From contig JABWAS010000005.1 of the NCBI GenBank assembly GCA_013360865.1, forward strand, positions 507-64,506: a stretch of 64,000 nt of DNA, given 5' to 3'. This DNA is from Candidatus Paceibacter sp. (GTDB taxonomy: Bacteria > Patescibacteriota > Minisyncoccia > UBA9983). How positions within the stretch are numbered: position 1 is the stretch's first letter; each line of letters starts with the position of its first letter. Below, piece by piece: positions 55,880 through 64,000 of this stretch. The translations under genes and the position numbers were made by a program. The notes under the pieces were generated by a model that saw only the letters and a program-made list of their open reading frames with translations, searched no databases and was not told where the DNA came from.

Positions 55880-56473
55880 ATGAATGAAACACGACATCCT
55901 CATCTTAAGATAAAAATTTGCGTTTCCGGAGCGGCGGAAACGGGCCATTGCGGCATGGACGCTTTGGAATTGGGCCAGGACGTGGGGAAAGAAATAGTAA
56001 GTCAGGGAGCCGTCCTGGTGACCGGCGCCACCACCGGATTTCCGTTTTGGTCGGCCAAGGGAGCCAAAGAAGCGGGCGGCGTTTCCATCGGCATTTCTCC
56101 GGCCGAAACGGAGAAAGAGCACGTGGAGAAATACGGCCTGCCGCTGGAATTCATGGACCTGATAATTTTTACCGGCACCGGTTACGCCGGGCGCAACCTT
56201 TTGCTTACCCGTTCCACCGACGCCGTCATCGTCGGTTGCGGCAGAATCGGCACGCTCAACGAGTTCACCATCGCCTTTGAGGACAACAAGCCGATAGGAG
56301 TTTTGCAGGGCGACTGGGAGACCGACGAGCTCATCCAAAAAATATTGAACGAATCGCACCGCGGCAACGGCAAAGTTATATACGACAAGGACCCCAAAAA
56401 ACTGGTGGCAAGAATAATAGAAATGGTCAAAAAAGAAAAAGACTCTACCGCCCAATGCCCAGGCTGTATATAA
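55880..56473 (+). CDS. TIGR00725/LOG-like Rossmann-fold protein
   Basis: KICVSGAAETG...AVLVTGATTGFP pattern typical of the LOG/DprA-like (SLOG) family. Confidence 0.55.
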   Translation: MNETRHPHLKIKICVSGAAETGHCGMDALELGQDVGKEIVSQGAVLVTGATTGFPFWSAKGAKEAGGVSIGISPAETEKEHVEKYGLPLEFMDLIIFTGTGYAGRNLLLTRSTDAVIVGCGRIGTLNEFTIAFEDNKPIGVLQGDWETDELIQKILNESHRGNGKVIYDKDPKKLVARIIEMVKKEKDSTAQCPGCI

Positions 56474-57651
56474 AAGGAATAGGTTTGATGGTCGGAATGA
56501 TCGTGGGGGCGGGCATGTTCGGCCTCCCTTACGCTTTTTCCAAAGCCGGACTGTTCTGGGGCAATTTCCAGCTCGTCGTTTCTTTTCTTATAATCCTGCT
56601 TCTGCACCTTTGGTACGGCGAGGTTTCTTATTACACCAAAGGAGTTCACCGCATCACCGGCTACACCCGGATGTATCTGGGTAAAAAAGCCGAGAAGCTG
56701 GCGTTTATAACCACGCTTGGCGCCGCTTACGGTTCCTTGCTTGTTTACGGACTTCTTGGAGGAATTTTCCTGGGTAATTTTTTTGACTTGTTCAACGGCC
56801 GGACGGACGAGTTTTTCTCCATATTCTTTTTTATCGTCGGGGGCGTTTTGGCTTCCTTGAGTTTAAGCAAAATAGGGGAGATAAACTTTATCCTCACCGT
56901 ACCCGTTTTCGGCTTTATCGCTTATCTTTTATACGTGGCCGCGCCGGAAATAAGGCTGGATAATTTCTTTAACGGAACGCCTTATCTTTTAAACAAAAAC
57001 TGGCTGTTGCCGTACGGCGTGTGGCTTTTCTCTTTAAGCGGATTTTCCGTCATACCGGCGGTGCGGGACATATTTTCCGGCCAACCGATAAGCAAATACA
57101 AAAAGGTGATAATCGTCAGCCTGTTTCTGGCGGCGTTTTTTTACCTGATTTTCGTGGCCGCGGTGCTGGGCGTCAATGGGGGCATGGTCAGCCAGGACGC
57201 TTTATCCGGCATGGTGTCTGTTTTGGGCGGCAAGGCGCTGGCCATTGGCTCAATTATCGGTTTCTTCGCCGTGTTCACTTCTTATATCGCCCTGGCCATA
57301 GACGTAAAAAATATCTTTATGTACGACTACAAAATGCCCCAATTCGCGGCTCTTCTGGCGGCGGCGGTTCCTCCTGTGATTTTATATTACATCGGAAGGG
57401 AAGGAGGTTTGGTGATGATGCTTAGTATCATCGGCTCTTTGGGCATGGGAGCTCTGGGAATATTTATAACCCTTATCAGGAGAAAGATGGTAAAGATTCT
57501 CAAAGACGGAGACAAAAGCGACCTCATCGCGGAGATAGACTATAAGAAAATAAAGTTAAGACGGGGTTGGGAGATGGCGGTGCTTGCCGGCATCATCGCG
57601 GCGGTGGCTTATAATATCTGGGATATTGTTGCGGGGTTTGCGGGTAAATAA
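56455..57651 (+). CDS. amino-acid permease-like polytopic transporter (aromatic/hydroxy amino acid permease family-like)
   Basis: 398 aa, about 11 TM helices; N-terminal GxxVGAGMFGLPYAF motif. Confidence 0.55.
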   Translation: MPRLYIKGIGLMVGMIVGAGMFGLPYAFSKAGLFWGNFQLVVSFLIILLLHLWYGEVSYYTKGVHRITGYTRMYLGKKAEKLAFITTLGAAYGSLLVYGLLGGIFLGNFFDLFNGRTDEFFSIFFFIVGGVLASLSLSKIGEINFILTVPVFGFIAYLLYVAAPEIRLDNFFNGTPYLLNKNWLLPYGVWLFSLSGFSVIPAVRDIFSGQPISKYKKVIIVSLFLAAFFYLIFVAAVLGVNGGMVSQDALSGMVSVLGGKALAIGSIIGFFAVFTSYIALAIDVKNIFMYDYKMPQFAALLAAAVPPVILYYIGREGGLVMMLSIIGSLGMGALGIFITLIRRKMVKILKDGDKSDLIAEIDYKKIKLRRGWEMAVLAGIIAAVAYNIWDIVAGFAGK

Positions 57652-57656
57652 AAAAA

Positions 57657-57683
57657 CGACCCCGATTGGCGGGGTCGTTTTTT
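57657..57683 (+). terminator. bidirectional rho-independent terminator
   Basis: AAAAAACGACCCCGATTGGCGGGGTCGTTTTTTAA between convergent permease and rplT. Confidence 0.75.
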
Positions 57684-57749
57684 AAGGTGATTGTTGCCGG
57701 AAACTTGGAAGCTAAACTTCCAATTGGAAGTTTAGCTTCCAAGTTTGAA

Positions 57750-58088
57750 TTACATAGCCGCGATTTTGGAAAATATTTGAGGGTGATACTCGGCCAACTG
57801 GGCCAAGATTTTTCTGTCCAAAGCCACTTCCGATTTCTTGAGCTTGCTGATGAGTTTGCTGTAGGACAATCCGCCTGTTCTGGCGGCGGCGTTTATCTTC
57901 ACCTGCCACAGCGCCCGCATGTTCCTCTTCTTTTTTCTCCGGTCGTGGAAAGCGTGCTTGCCGGCGTGCAGCAAAGCGTCTTTGGCCATCCTTTCTTTGG
58001 ATTTGCGGCCATGCCTAAAACCCTTTGTTTGCTTCAATATTTTTCTCCTTCTTTTTAAGGCGTGAACGCCTTTTTTTACTCTTGTCAT
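57750..58088 (-). CDS. rplT: 50S ribosomal protein L20
   Basis: MTRVKKGVHALKRRRKILKQTKGFRHGRKS... typical L20; start chosen at the internal Met of tracked ORF 57750-58145. Confidence 0.9.
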   Translation of the reverse strand: MTRVKKGVHALKRRRKILKQTKGFRHGRKSKERMAKDALLHAGKHAFHDRRKKKRNMRALWQVKINAAARTGGLSYSKLISKLKKSEVALDRKILAQLAEYHPQIFSKIAAM

Positions 58089-58185
58089 ATGCCAATTTTG
58101 TTTGCGAGTCTGCGAGCAATTTACAAAATTGCGCACCCCGCACATAATCTGCTAATAATTCTGTATAATTTTCAAAATATTACCT

Positions 58186-58224
58186 TAACTTCGCAAAACT
58201 CGTAAAATTCAGGCCAAGCCATTA
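58186..58224 (-). repeat. partial third copy of the ribosomal-intergenic repeat element (minus strand), beginning at the rpmI stop codon
   Basis: Minus-strand TAATGGCTTGGCCTGAATTTTACGAGTTTTGCGAAGT identical to the first 37 nt of copies at 889 and 1378. Confidence 0.75.
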
Positions 58225-58413
58225 ATTATGCGGCAGATATGTGCCGATGTCTTTTCTGTCCATCTGGAATGGCTGCAGCTTTTTTTGCTTCAGCTGGTTT
58301 TTTCTTCTTTGCTTGGCGTTGAAGTGGTCGTGGCCGGCTTTTCTACCCAGGATTTTTCCGTTCCTGGTTATCTTCAGCCTTTTTGCGTATGATTTGTTTG
58401 TTTTAAATGCCAT
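58222..58413 (-). CDS. rpmI: 50S ribosomal protein L35
   Basis: 63 aa, MAFKTNKSYAKRLKITRNGKI typical L35. Confidence 0.85.
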   Translation of the reverse strand: MAFKTNKSYAKRLKITRNGKILGRKAGHDHFNAKQRRKNQLKQKKLQPFQMDRKDIGTYLPHN

Positions 58414-58423
58414 ATTGGTGTTG

Positions 58424-58932
58424 TTATTTTGAAACTTCTATCGTGGCCGTCATGCCGCGGGGACTCTTCTTCGGACCGTCGGCCATTTTATACTTTTCGC
58501 TTATTAAATTCAATATCCGGGTCATTCTTTCGCCGATGAAATTCTTGTCCAGATATTTTTCCCGCCCGCGCAGGATAAGGTCTATCTTGACGCGGTTGCC
58601 TTCCTTAAGAAACTCGTCTATTTTCTTGGCCCGCATCTCCAGGTCGTGGAGCGACGTGCCCAAACCTATCTGAATTCCTTTTATTTCCACCTCGTGCGCT
58701 TTTTTGGCCGCTTCTTTCTGTTTCTTCTGCTGCTGGTAAAGGTATTTGCCGAAGTCCATTATCCTGGCCACCGGCGGATTGGCCGTGGGCGATATTTCTA
58801 TCAAGTCCAGGCCGGCTTCTCTGGCTTTGTCCAGCGCTTCGGCGAGGCTTATAACGCCTAAATTTTCATTGTCGTTGCCAATGACCCTTAATTGGGAAGC
58901 GGTTATTTGATTATTTACGCGCGGTTTCTTAA
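58424..58932 (-). CDS. infC: translation initiation factor IF-3 (probable non-ATG ATT start)
   Basis: Hand translation upstream of the tracked ORF gives IKKPRVNNQITASQLRVIGNDNENLGVISLAEALDKAREAGLDLIEISPTANPPVARIMDFGKY... IF-3 commonly uses AUU/AUA starts. Confidence 0.7.
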
Positions 58933-58997
58933 TAAAGAGTATTCTACTTATTTTTTAATATTTTGCAAGCTCCCAGAGGTTGATAAAGACAATAGCC

Positions 58998-59024
58998 CAA
59001 TGTCAAGGTTGAACCTTGACATTG
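58998..59024 (+). repeat. REP-like perfect palindrome, family 2, copy 1
   Basis: CAATGTCAAGGTT-G-AACCTTGACATTG; shares the CAAGGT..ACCTTG core with family 1. Confidence 0.8.
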
Positions 59025-59078
59025 TAAACAAAAGGACTTTGCGATAGCATCAAGAAGTTCTCTTCTTTTTAGATTTAA

Positions 59079-59870
59079 CTATTGACGTCGAATGTCAATA
59101 GAATCTTTTATATCAAACTTGCCCACCTTTGTACGCTTAAGTCCCAGTAAAACCGCTCCGGTTTTTAGGTTTTGTCCCAGTTTGTGAGCGATGGATCGGA
59201 CATATGTTCCGCTGGAGCATTTTATTTTTATTCTCGCCACCCAAAATCCTTCTTGTTTTAAGCGATAGCAAATTTTAGGAAGGATTTTTTCTTGCCATTG
59301 TGAGAGTATTTTTTCCTGACGGAAGTCGCCTTGGACGACTTTTATTTTTTTGATAATTTTTTCCAGAAGCTTTTCCGAGCCGACTTTCTTCAGCTCCAGC
59401 AACTTAATTTCATAAATCTCAATCTCTTTTTCCGGGATTTTTATTTCTTTGAGCTTTCCTTTCCGCGCCCATTCAAAAAGCGGCTTGCCTTTGATTTTGT
59501 AAGAGGAGTAGGGCGGAAGCGGCATTTTATTTTTTCCCAGAAATTTTCCCAACCCAATGTCAAGGTTGAACCTTGACATTGGCAGCGGCTGGCGAATTTT
59601 TTGAGGCAGTCCTAAAATGTCGTAAGTATCCGTTTTAAAGCCGAACAAAATTTCGGCTTCGTATTCTTTATCCAGTTTGAGGTATTTTTCTTTTTGCTGG
59701 ATGGCGTCGCCGACCAGCAAAATCAAAACACCTTCCGCCAAAGGGTCCAGCCGTCCGGCGTAAGTTACTTTTTCTTTTTCCGTTTCCGGATGTTTTTGCC
59801 TCAAAATTTTTACCGCGTCCAAAGGCGAAATTCCGACCGGTTTATAGACATTGAAATTTTTTCCCTTCAT
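59079..59870 (-). CDS. truB: tRNA pseudouridine(55) synthase TruB
   Basis: YAGRLDPLAEGVLILLVGDA catalytic-Asp motif. Start chosen at MKGKNF; the upstream part of the tracked 392-aa ORF overlaps obg and is spurious. Carries an in-frame family-2 palindrome at 59555-59581. Confidence 0.8.
   Translation of the reverse strand: MKGKNFNVYKPVGISPLDAVKILRQKHPETEKEKVTYAGRLDPLAEGVLILLVGDAIQQKEKYLKLDKEYEAEILFGFKTDTYDILGLPQKIRQPLPMSRFNLDIGLGKFLGKNKMPLPPYSSYKIKGKPLFEWARKGKLKEIKIPEKEIEIYEIKLLELKKVGSEKLLEKIIKKIKVVQGDFRQEKILSQWQEKILPKICYRLKQEGFWVARIKIKCSSGTYVRSIAHKLGQNLKTGAVLLGLKRTKVGKFDIKDSIDIRRQ
59555..59581 (+). repeat. REP-like palindrome, family 2, copy 2, inside the truB coding sequence
   Basis: Identical 29-nt CCCAATGTCAAGGTTGAACCTTGACATTG; on the truB strand it encodes MSRFNLDIG in frame. 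Confidence 0.8.
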
Positions 59871-59882
59871 AATGCGAGTATT

Positions 59883-60863
59883 ATGCTTATAGACGATGTT
59901 ACAATCAAAGTCAAAGCTGGCAAGGGCGGCAAGGGCGGGGTTTACTTCAACAAAAACCTGATGACGCTGGGGCCGACGGGCGGCAGGGGAGGCAACGGCG
60001 GCAGCGTATATATGGAAGGCGTGTCCGACCTGGGCGCGCTCAAGCAATTTCGCTACAAAAAAGACATTGTCGCCAAAGACGGCGAGAACGGCAAGAAACA
60101 GCTCAACGACGGCACCGCCGCCGAGGATGTTGTTTTGAAAGTTCCCGTCGGAACGGTGATTCATAATCTGGATAAAGGCGCTGACCAGGAAATAACGAAA
60201 ATCGGAGAAAGGGTTTTGGTGGCCGAGGGCGGATTCGGCGGGCATGGCAATTGGCATTTCCGCGGCAGCAAAAATACCAGTCCGAGGCAGTGCCAGCCAG
60301 GATTGCCCGGAGAAGGTTTTACTTTGCGGCTGGAGCTAAAGCTCATCGCTGACGTGGGCTTGATCGGTTTTCCCAACGCCGGAAAGTCCAGTCTGCTCAA
60401 TGAACTGACTGCCGCCAAGAGCAAGGTGGCCAATTATGACTTCACCACTCTGGAGCCGCACCTCGGAGTCTATTACGATCTGGTTTTGGCCGACATCCCC
60501 GGACTTATTGAAGGCGCTTCCGCCGGAAAAGGGCTAGGTATAAAATTCCTGCGCCATGTTGAGCGCACCAAAGTTTTGTTCCACCTCATCTCGGCGGAAT
60601 CGGAGGATCCGCTTAAAGATTATTACATCGTCGTCAAAGAACTGATGACCTACAACGAGGCGCTTGTTAAAAAACCGGAATATATTTTCCTGGCCAAAAG
60701 CGACTTGGTTGACGAGAAAACTTTAAAGCAAAAAATGATGGAGCTTAGAAAGGCCGGCAAGCCGGTCAAAGCCGTCTCCATCCACGATCCGGCCAGCATG
60801 GAGGAGGTGAAGAAAATTCTGAATAAGTTGATGGAAGAGAAAACAAGTTCAGCGAATATTTAA
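59883..60863 (+). CDS. obg: GTPase Obg
   Basis: N-terminal Gly-rich Obg fold (KAGKGGKGGV, GGRGGNGG) and G-domain GFPNAGKSSLLN, DIPGLIEGAS. Confidence 0.9.
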   Translation: MLIDDVTIKVKAGKGGKGGVYFNKNLMTLGPTGGRGGNGGSVYMEGVSDLGALKQFRYKKDIVAKDGENGKKQLNDGTAAEDVVLKVPVGTVIHNLDKGADQEITKIGERVLVAEGGFGGHGNWHFRGSKNTSPRQCQPGLPGEGFTLRLELKLIADVGLIGFPNAGKSSLLNELTAAKSKVANYDFTTLEPHLGVYYDLVLADIPGLIEGASAGKGLGIKFLRHVERTKVLFHLISAESEDPLKDYYIVVKELMTYNEALVKKPEYIFLAKSDLVDEKTLKQKMMELRKAGKPVKAVSIHDPASMEEVKKILNKLMEEKTSSANI

Positions 60864-60962
60864 CAAGGTTGATAATTGACGCTGCCGATGCTAATTTGAA
60901 CTAAGAAAAATTAAGCGTGTGCTTATATTTTGTTGTTTGAAAATTTTTTAGGAGGGTTGGAT

Positions 60963-61625
60963 ATGCGATACTATCGTCCTTACGTTTTTAATAGATTCGC
61001 TAATTTGTTAAAAAAATTGAATGACAGGATGGGCGCTTATGGGTCTTTGGTAAAACTTGGAAAATCAACTGCCGTTGAAGACCGATATATAGATGTTTAT
61101 ACAAAAGGAATGGTTGCTTTGAAACAGAGATATTTCTTCTATAAAGGAATTGTTGCCGGCAGAATAGAATATTCTCCAGAAATGGGGACCGCCAGTAATT
61201 ATAAGGACAGGGCGTTAAGCGCGCTGCAAACATGCCACCGGCGAGCCGTTGAAATAAAGGAAAAAATCAACAGGTTGGTTAGCGTTGAAATTCCCGAAAG
61301 ATACAAAAGAGATTTTGAGACGCTTTTGTATTATCAAGACCGTAAGGAGAAAGAGGAAAGTAGTTTTATGAAAGAATTCTGCGATATTGGTGTTTCTCAA
61401 AGACATGTTTTTGACAAGATAGACAATGGAATCGTTTCCGACTGTGAAATACTTGGGTTTTGCGTATGTCGTTTTGGTAACGCGTCACCATATATGGGCG
61501 GCTGCGTAAGGAGTAATGTTGATATGCTTGATGATGGTGAGGCTATGAAAAGGTTTAAAGAAGGGTCTAAGTTGTTCGCAAGGTGGTTAGGCGAAACTTT
61601 TGGTCCTCAAGCCAAGCCAAGTTAA
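60963..61625 (+). CDS. hypothetical protein (Cys-rich C-terminus)
   Basis: ~220 aa AT-rich ORF; no recognisable motif. Confidence 0.35.
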   Translation: MRYYRPYVFNRFANLLKKLNDRMGAYGSLVKLGKSTAVEDRYIDVYTKGMVALKQRYFFYKGIVAGRIEYSPEMGTASNYKDRALSALQTCHRRAVEIKEKINRLVSVEIPERYKRDFETLLYYQDRKEKEESSFMKEFCDIGVSQRHVFDKIDNGIVSDCEILGFCVCRFGNASPYMGGCVRSNVDMLDDGEAMKRFKEGSKLFARWLGETFGPQAKPS

Positions 61626-61674
61626 GTGCCGTTAAACCAATATCCTCCAACGCAAAAACAGGGCGCTGTTTAAA

Positions 61675-62835
61675 TTAAAATGAAAACGGCGCCCTTTTGT
61701 TTTTCAAAACCACCTCAACCTCTTTCGCGTTTTTGCAGGCCATTAGCTTGATTCGTAATTCTTTAGCGCCGATGAAGCCGGAGACGTATGATTTGAAGTG
61801 CTTTTTCATCACGTCAAAATTTTTATTTTTATTTAATTTTTCAAATAATTTAGTGTGTTCAAGAAGGACAGATATCCGTGTCGAAAATTTTGCCGACCTT
61901 CCAGGATGAAAACAACCAGGCAGGACTGCAAAATTTTCGGCATTGGAAAACCGACCTGCCATGGTGACCGGCTTTGCGGGCTCCTGGCACGGTCGGTTTT
62001 CTGCAAACAGCCACGGATTGCCGAAAACCGCCCGGCCGATCATTACTCCGTCAGTGCCGTATTGTTCCGCTTTTTCATAAGCTTCCGCGACGCTTTGGAC
62101 ATCGCCGTTGCCCAGTATCAAAGTTTTGTCCGGTTTTGAACCGCAAAATTCATCTCTGATTTTCACCGCTTCGGCGACGATGTCCCATCGGGCTGGGACA
62201 AGCGACATTTCTTTTTTTGTCCGGGCGTGGATGGTGATGGCCGCCGGCTCGCATTCTAGAAGAGCAATCAGCCATTTTTTTAATTCTTTTTTGTCGTATC
62301 GGTTGTAGCCGATTCTGGTTTTGACGGAAACGGGCAAACGGCCCGCTCCACGCTTCGTCTCCAAAATAATTTTTTGCGCCAGTCGGGGGTTATTTATTAA
62401 AGATGCCCCGGCACTCTGCTTGATAACTTTTTTGTCCGGGCAACCCATGTTGATATCTATGCCGTCAAAACCGAGTTTTTTTATCAGCTTGGCTGACTCG
62501 TAAAAATTTTCCGGTTTGGCGCCGAAAATTTGCGCCACTATCGGCTTTTCTTTTTTAGAAAATTTCAACAGTGGCAGGAGATTTTTTCTGCCTTCAGAGC
62601 ACAGCCCATCGCAGGAAACAAATTCCGTAAAAGTGATGTAGGGCGCGCCATTTTTTGTTTTACTGTACTTCGCGATAATCCGGCGGAATGCCGCGTCGGT
62701 GACGTCCGCCATCGGCGCCAACGCCAAAATCGGCCACTTTGGCGGATTGTTTTTACGCTGAGCTTGTCGAATTGTTTTCCAGAAACCTTTTGTCATAACG
62801 TCCTTAAAAATATAGTTAATTTGGCATTTTGGCAA
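61675..62835 (-). CDS. tRNA-dihydrouridine synthase (Dus family)
   Basis: LAPMADVTDAAFR FMN-binding N-terminal motif and TIM-barrel pattern (ITIHARTK); 386 aa as tracked. Confidence 0.8.
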   Translation of the reverse strand: MPKCQINYIFKDVMTKGFWKTIRQAQRKNNPPKWPILALAPMADVTDAAFRRIIAKYSKTKNGAPYITFTEFVSCDGLCSEGRKNLLPLLKFSKKEKPIVAQIFGAKPENFYESAKLIKKLGFDGIDINMGCPDKKVIKQSAGASLINNPRLAQKIILETKRGAGRLPVSVKTRIGYNRYDKKELKKWLIALLECEPAAITIHARTKKEMSLVPARWDIVAEAVKIRDEFCGSKPDKTLILGNGDVQSVAEAYEKAEQYGTDGVMIGRAVFGNPWLFAENRPCQEPAKPVTMAGRFSNAENFAVLPGCFHPGRSAKFSTRISVLLEHTKLFEKLNKNKNFDVMKKHFKSYVSGFIGAKELRIKLMACKNAKEVEVVLKNKRAPFSF

Positions 62836-62860
62836 GAATATGAGAAAATAAGGGCGACTT

Positions 62861-64000
62861 ATGAAAACTTTTCTCGTTTTTTACTCGTTTATATGGAAAT
62901 ATAAATGGTACTTTATCCCCGCTGTTATAAGCGCTTTTCTCTCCACGTTGTTGGCCAGTTTTATGCCGTTTATTTACCGCTATATAGTGGATAATTTTTA
63001 CAATCTTACTTTGTCCGTTTTTCTCACGGTGGCGGGGGTCTACGGGGCGACCAGAATAGGGATGATTTTTTTCGGCAATCTGTCCGGATTTTTTGGCGGA
63101 GAATATTTCATACCGGCGCTTGCCGACTCCAAAATGAAGATATTCCGCCATTTGCAGAATCTTGATTTTGCCTTTCATTCCACCAAAAAATCGGGTGAGT
63201 TGATAAGCAAGTTCAAAAGAGGCGACGGCGCTTTTTCTAACATGGACCAGGATCTGAACGGAGAATTCATTGACGACTTTGTGAGGCTGATCGTCGCCGC
63301 TCTAGCCTTCTCTCTTATAAGCCCGAAGCTGCTTGCCGTGTTTTTCGCCGGCATCGTCTTTATCATTTTGTCTTCAATTTATTTCATAAGAAAAAACATG
63401 GTGATGAGGGCTGAACATATCAAAGACGATGACAACATATCACATCTTATCGCCGACAATCTGGTAAATTACGAAACAGTAAAATATTTCGCTAATGAAA
63501 GGAAGGAAACAGCCAACCTGGAAAAAGCTTTTGAACGATGGCGGTCTTCGTTGTGGAATCTTTATCTGTCGTTTCGGAAAATGAACTTCTCTGTCCGCAT
63601 GATCTCCGCTGCCGCCATTATCGCAATGCTGGCGTTTCTCGGCCGGGATGTGGCGGACAAGAAAATATCAGTCGGCGACTTCGTGTTGGTGTTCACTTTT
63701 ATGTCTCAGATTTTTCCCAATATAGAAAAAATAATGTTCAGGTTCAGGGGGATTTTGAGAAACTACGTTGACCTCAAAGATTACTTTGCCATTCTGGATT
63801 ATCCGTTGGTGGTGCTTGAGCCGGAAAAGCCGCTGGAATTCTCCTGCCGAAAAGGCGAGGTACAATTTAAAAATATTTATTTTTCTTACCCCGACGGGCA
63901 GGAAGCATTGAAAAATATTTCTTTAACCGTTACAGGCGGTTCTTCTGCCGCTTTGGTGGGGCGTTCCGGTTCCGGAAAGACGACGCTTACAAAATTGCTT
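62861..64000 (+). CDS. ABC transporter permease/ATPase fusion (MsbA-like exporter), 3' end beyond window
   Basis: Six-TM exporter domain then Walker A GRSGSGKTT at the window edge; no stop codon within the window. Confidence 0.7.
   Translation, partial: MKTFLVFYSFIWKYKWYFIPAVISAFLSTLLASFMPFIYRYIVDNFYNLTLSVFLTVAGVYGATRIGMIFFGNLSGFFGGEYFIPALADSKMKIFRHLQNLDFAFHSTKKSGELISKFKRGDGAFSNMDQDLNGEFIDDFVRLIVAALAFSLISPKLLAVFFAGIVFIILSSIYFIRKNMVMRAEHIKDDDNISHLIADNLVNYETVKYFANERKETANLEKAFERWRSSLWNLYLSFRKMNFSVRMISAAAIIAMLAFLGRDVADKKISVGDFVLVFTFMSQIFPNIEKIMFRFRGILRNYVDLKDYFAILDYPLVVLEPEKPLEFSCRKGEVQFKNIYFSYPDGQEALKNISLTVTGGSSAALVGRSGSGKTTLTKLL

Noticed and set aside
59079-60257. 392-aa minus-strand ORF as a TruB with long N-terminal extension
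   Set aside because: Its first 129 codons overlap obg on the other strand and lack TruB similarity; the real start is the MKGKNF Met at 59870.

Overview
This 64-kb window looks like a Candidate-Phyla-Radiation (Patescibacteria/Parcubacteria-like) chromosome segment. Evidence for that placement: lysine-rich C-terminal extensions on ribosomal proteins; rpmD (L30) absent between rpsE and rplO; rpmC (L29) absent between rplP and rpsQ; rplA (L1) absent after rplK; rplJ-rplL detached from the L11 operon and from rpoB; type IV pilus genes; a 1195-aa Ser/Thr/Gly-rich surface protein; a lamin-tail-domain protein.

Backbone, in order:
- 55-10395: S10/spc-type ribosomal protein operon (rplB ... rplO, secY), with a desulfoferrodoxin gene between secY and adk-map.
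- 10402-14043: ruvX, a DedA-like membrane protein, pilM/N/O-like genes.
- 14048-14475: a GIY-YIG nuclease beside tRNA-Arg(TCT), with a partial duplicate of the tRNA 5' end.
- 14780-22900: a compositionally foreign island lying between tRNA-Arg and tRNA-Val(TAC).
- 23223-31301: P-type ATPase, rluA-family pseudouridine synthase, rplS, tRNA-Leu, an HNH endonuclease overlapping tRNA-His, tRNA-Pro, MscS, secE-nusG-rplK.
- 31450-36311: ASCH protein, recA and ftsK on the minus strand.
- 36823-45598: large surface protein, TPR protein, an IS200/RAYT-like Y1 transposase flanked by REP-like palindromes, a secreted zinc-phospholipase-C-like protein, the lamin-tail-domain/beta-helix protein.
- 45831-47484: rplJ-rplL, tRNA-Val(CAC).
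- 47645-53661: a defense island (EcoRI-family N6A methyltransferase, HEPN-like protein, Fic, DUF262-HNH GmrSD-like type IV restriction enzyme, HTH-Panacea/RelE-like toxin-antitoxin pair).
- 53664-54004: an ORF-free structured region behind a near-consensus promoter (ncRNA candidate).
- 54004-64000: RNase J-like beta-CASP enzyme, LOG-like protein, permease, rplT-rpmI-infC, truB, obg, dus, partial ABC exporter.

The most unusual element is a ~6-kb cassette at 14781-20815. It is bounded by two ~97-bp near-identical inverted repeats, each carrying a ribosome-binding site (RBS) plus start codon for inward-facing operons. It encodes two different truncated alanyl-tRNA-synthetase catalytic-domain paralogs together with an SplB-like radical-SAM enzyme, an aldo/keto reductase, an S51 (PepE/cyanophycinase-like) peptidase and a possible nucleotidyltransferase-fold protein. 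This is a candidate aminoacyl-adenylate-based modification or biosynthesis system that has not been described. No CRISPR array or rRNA gene was seen.
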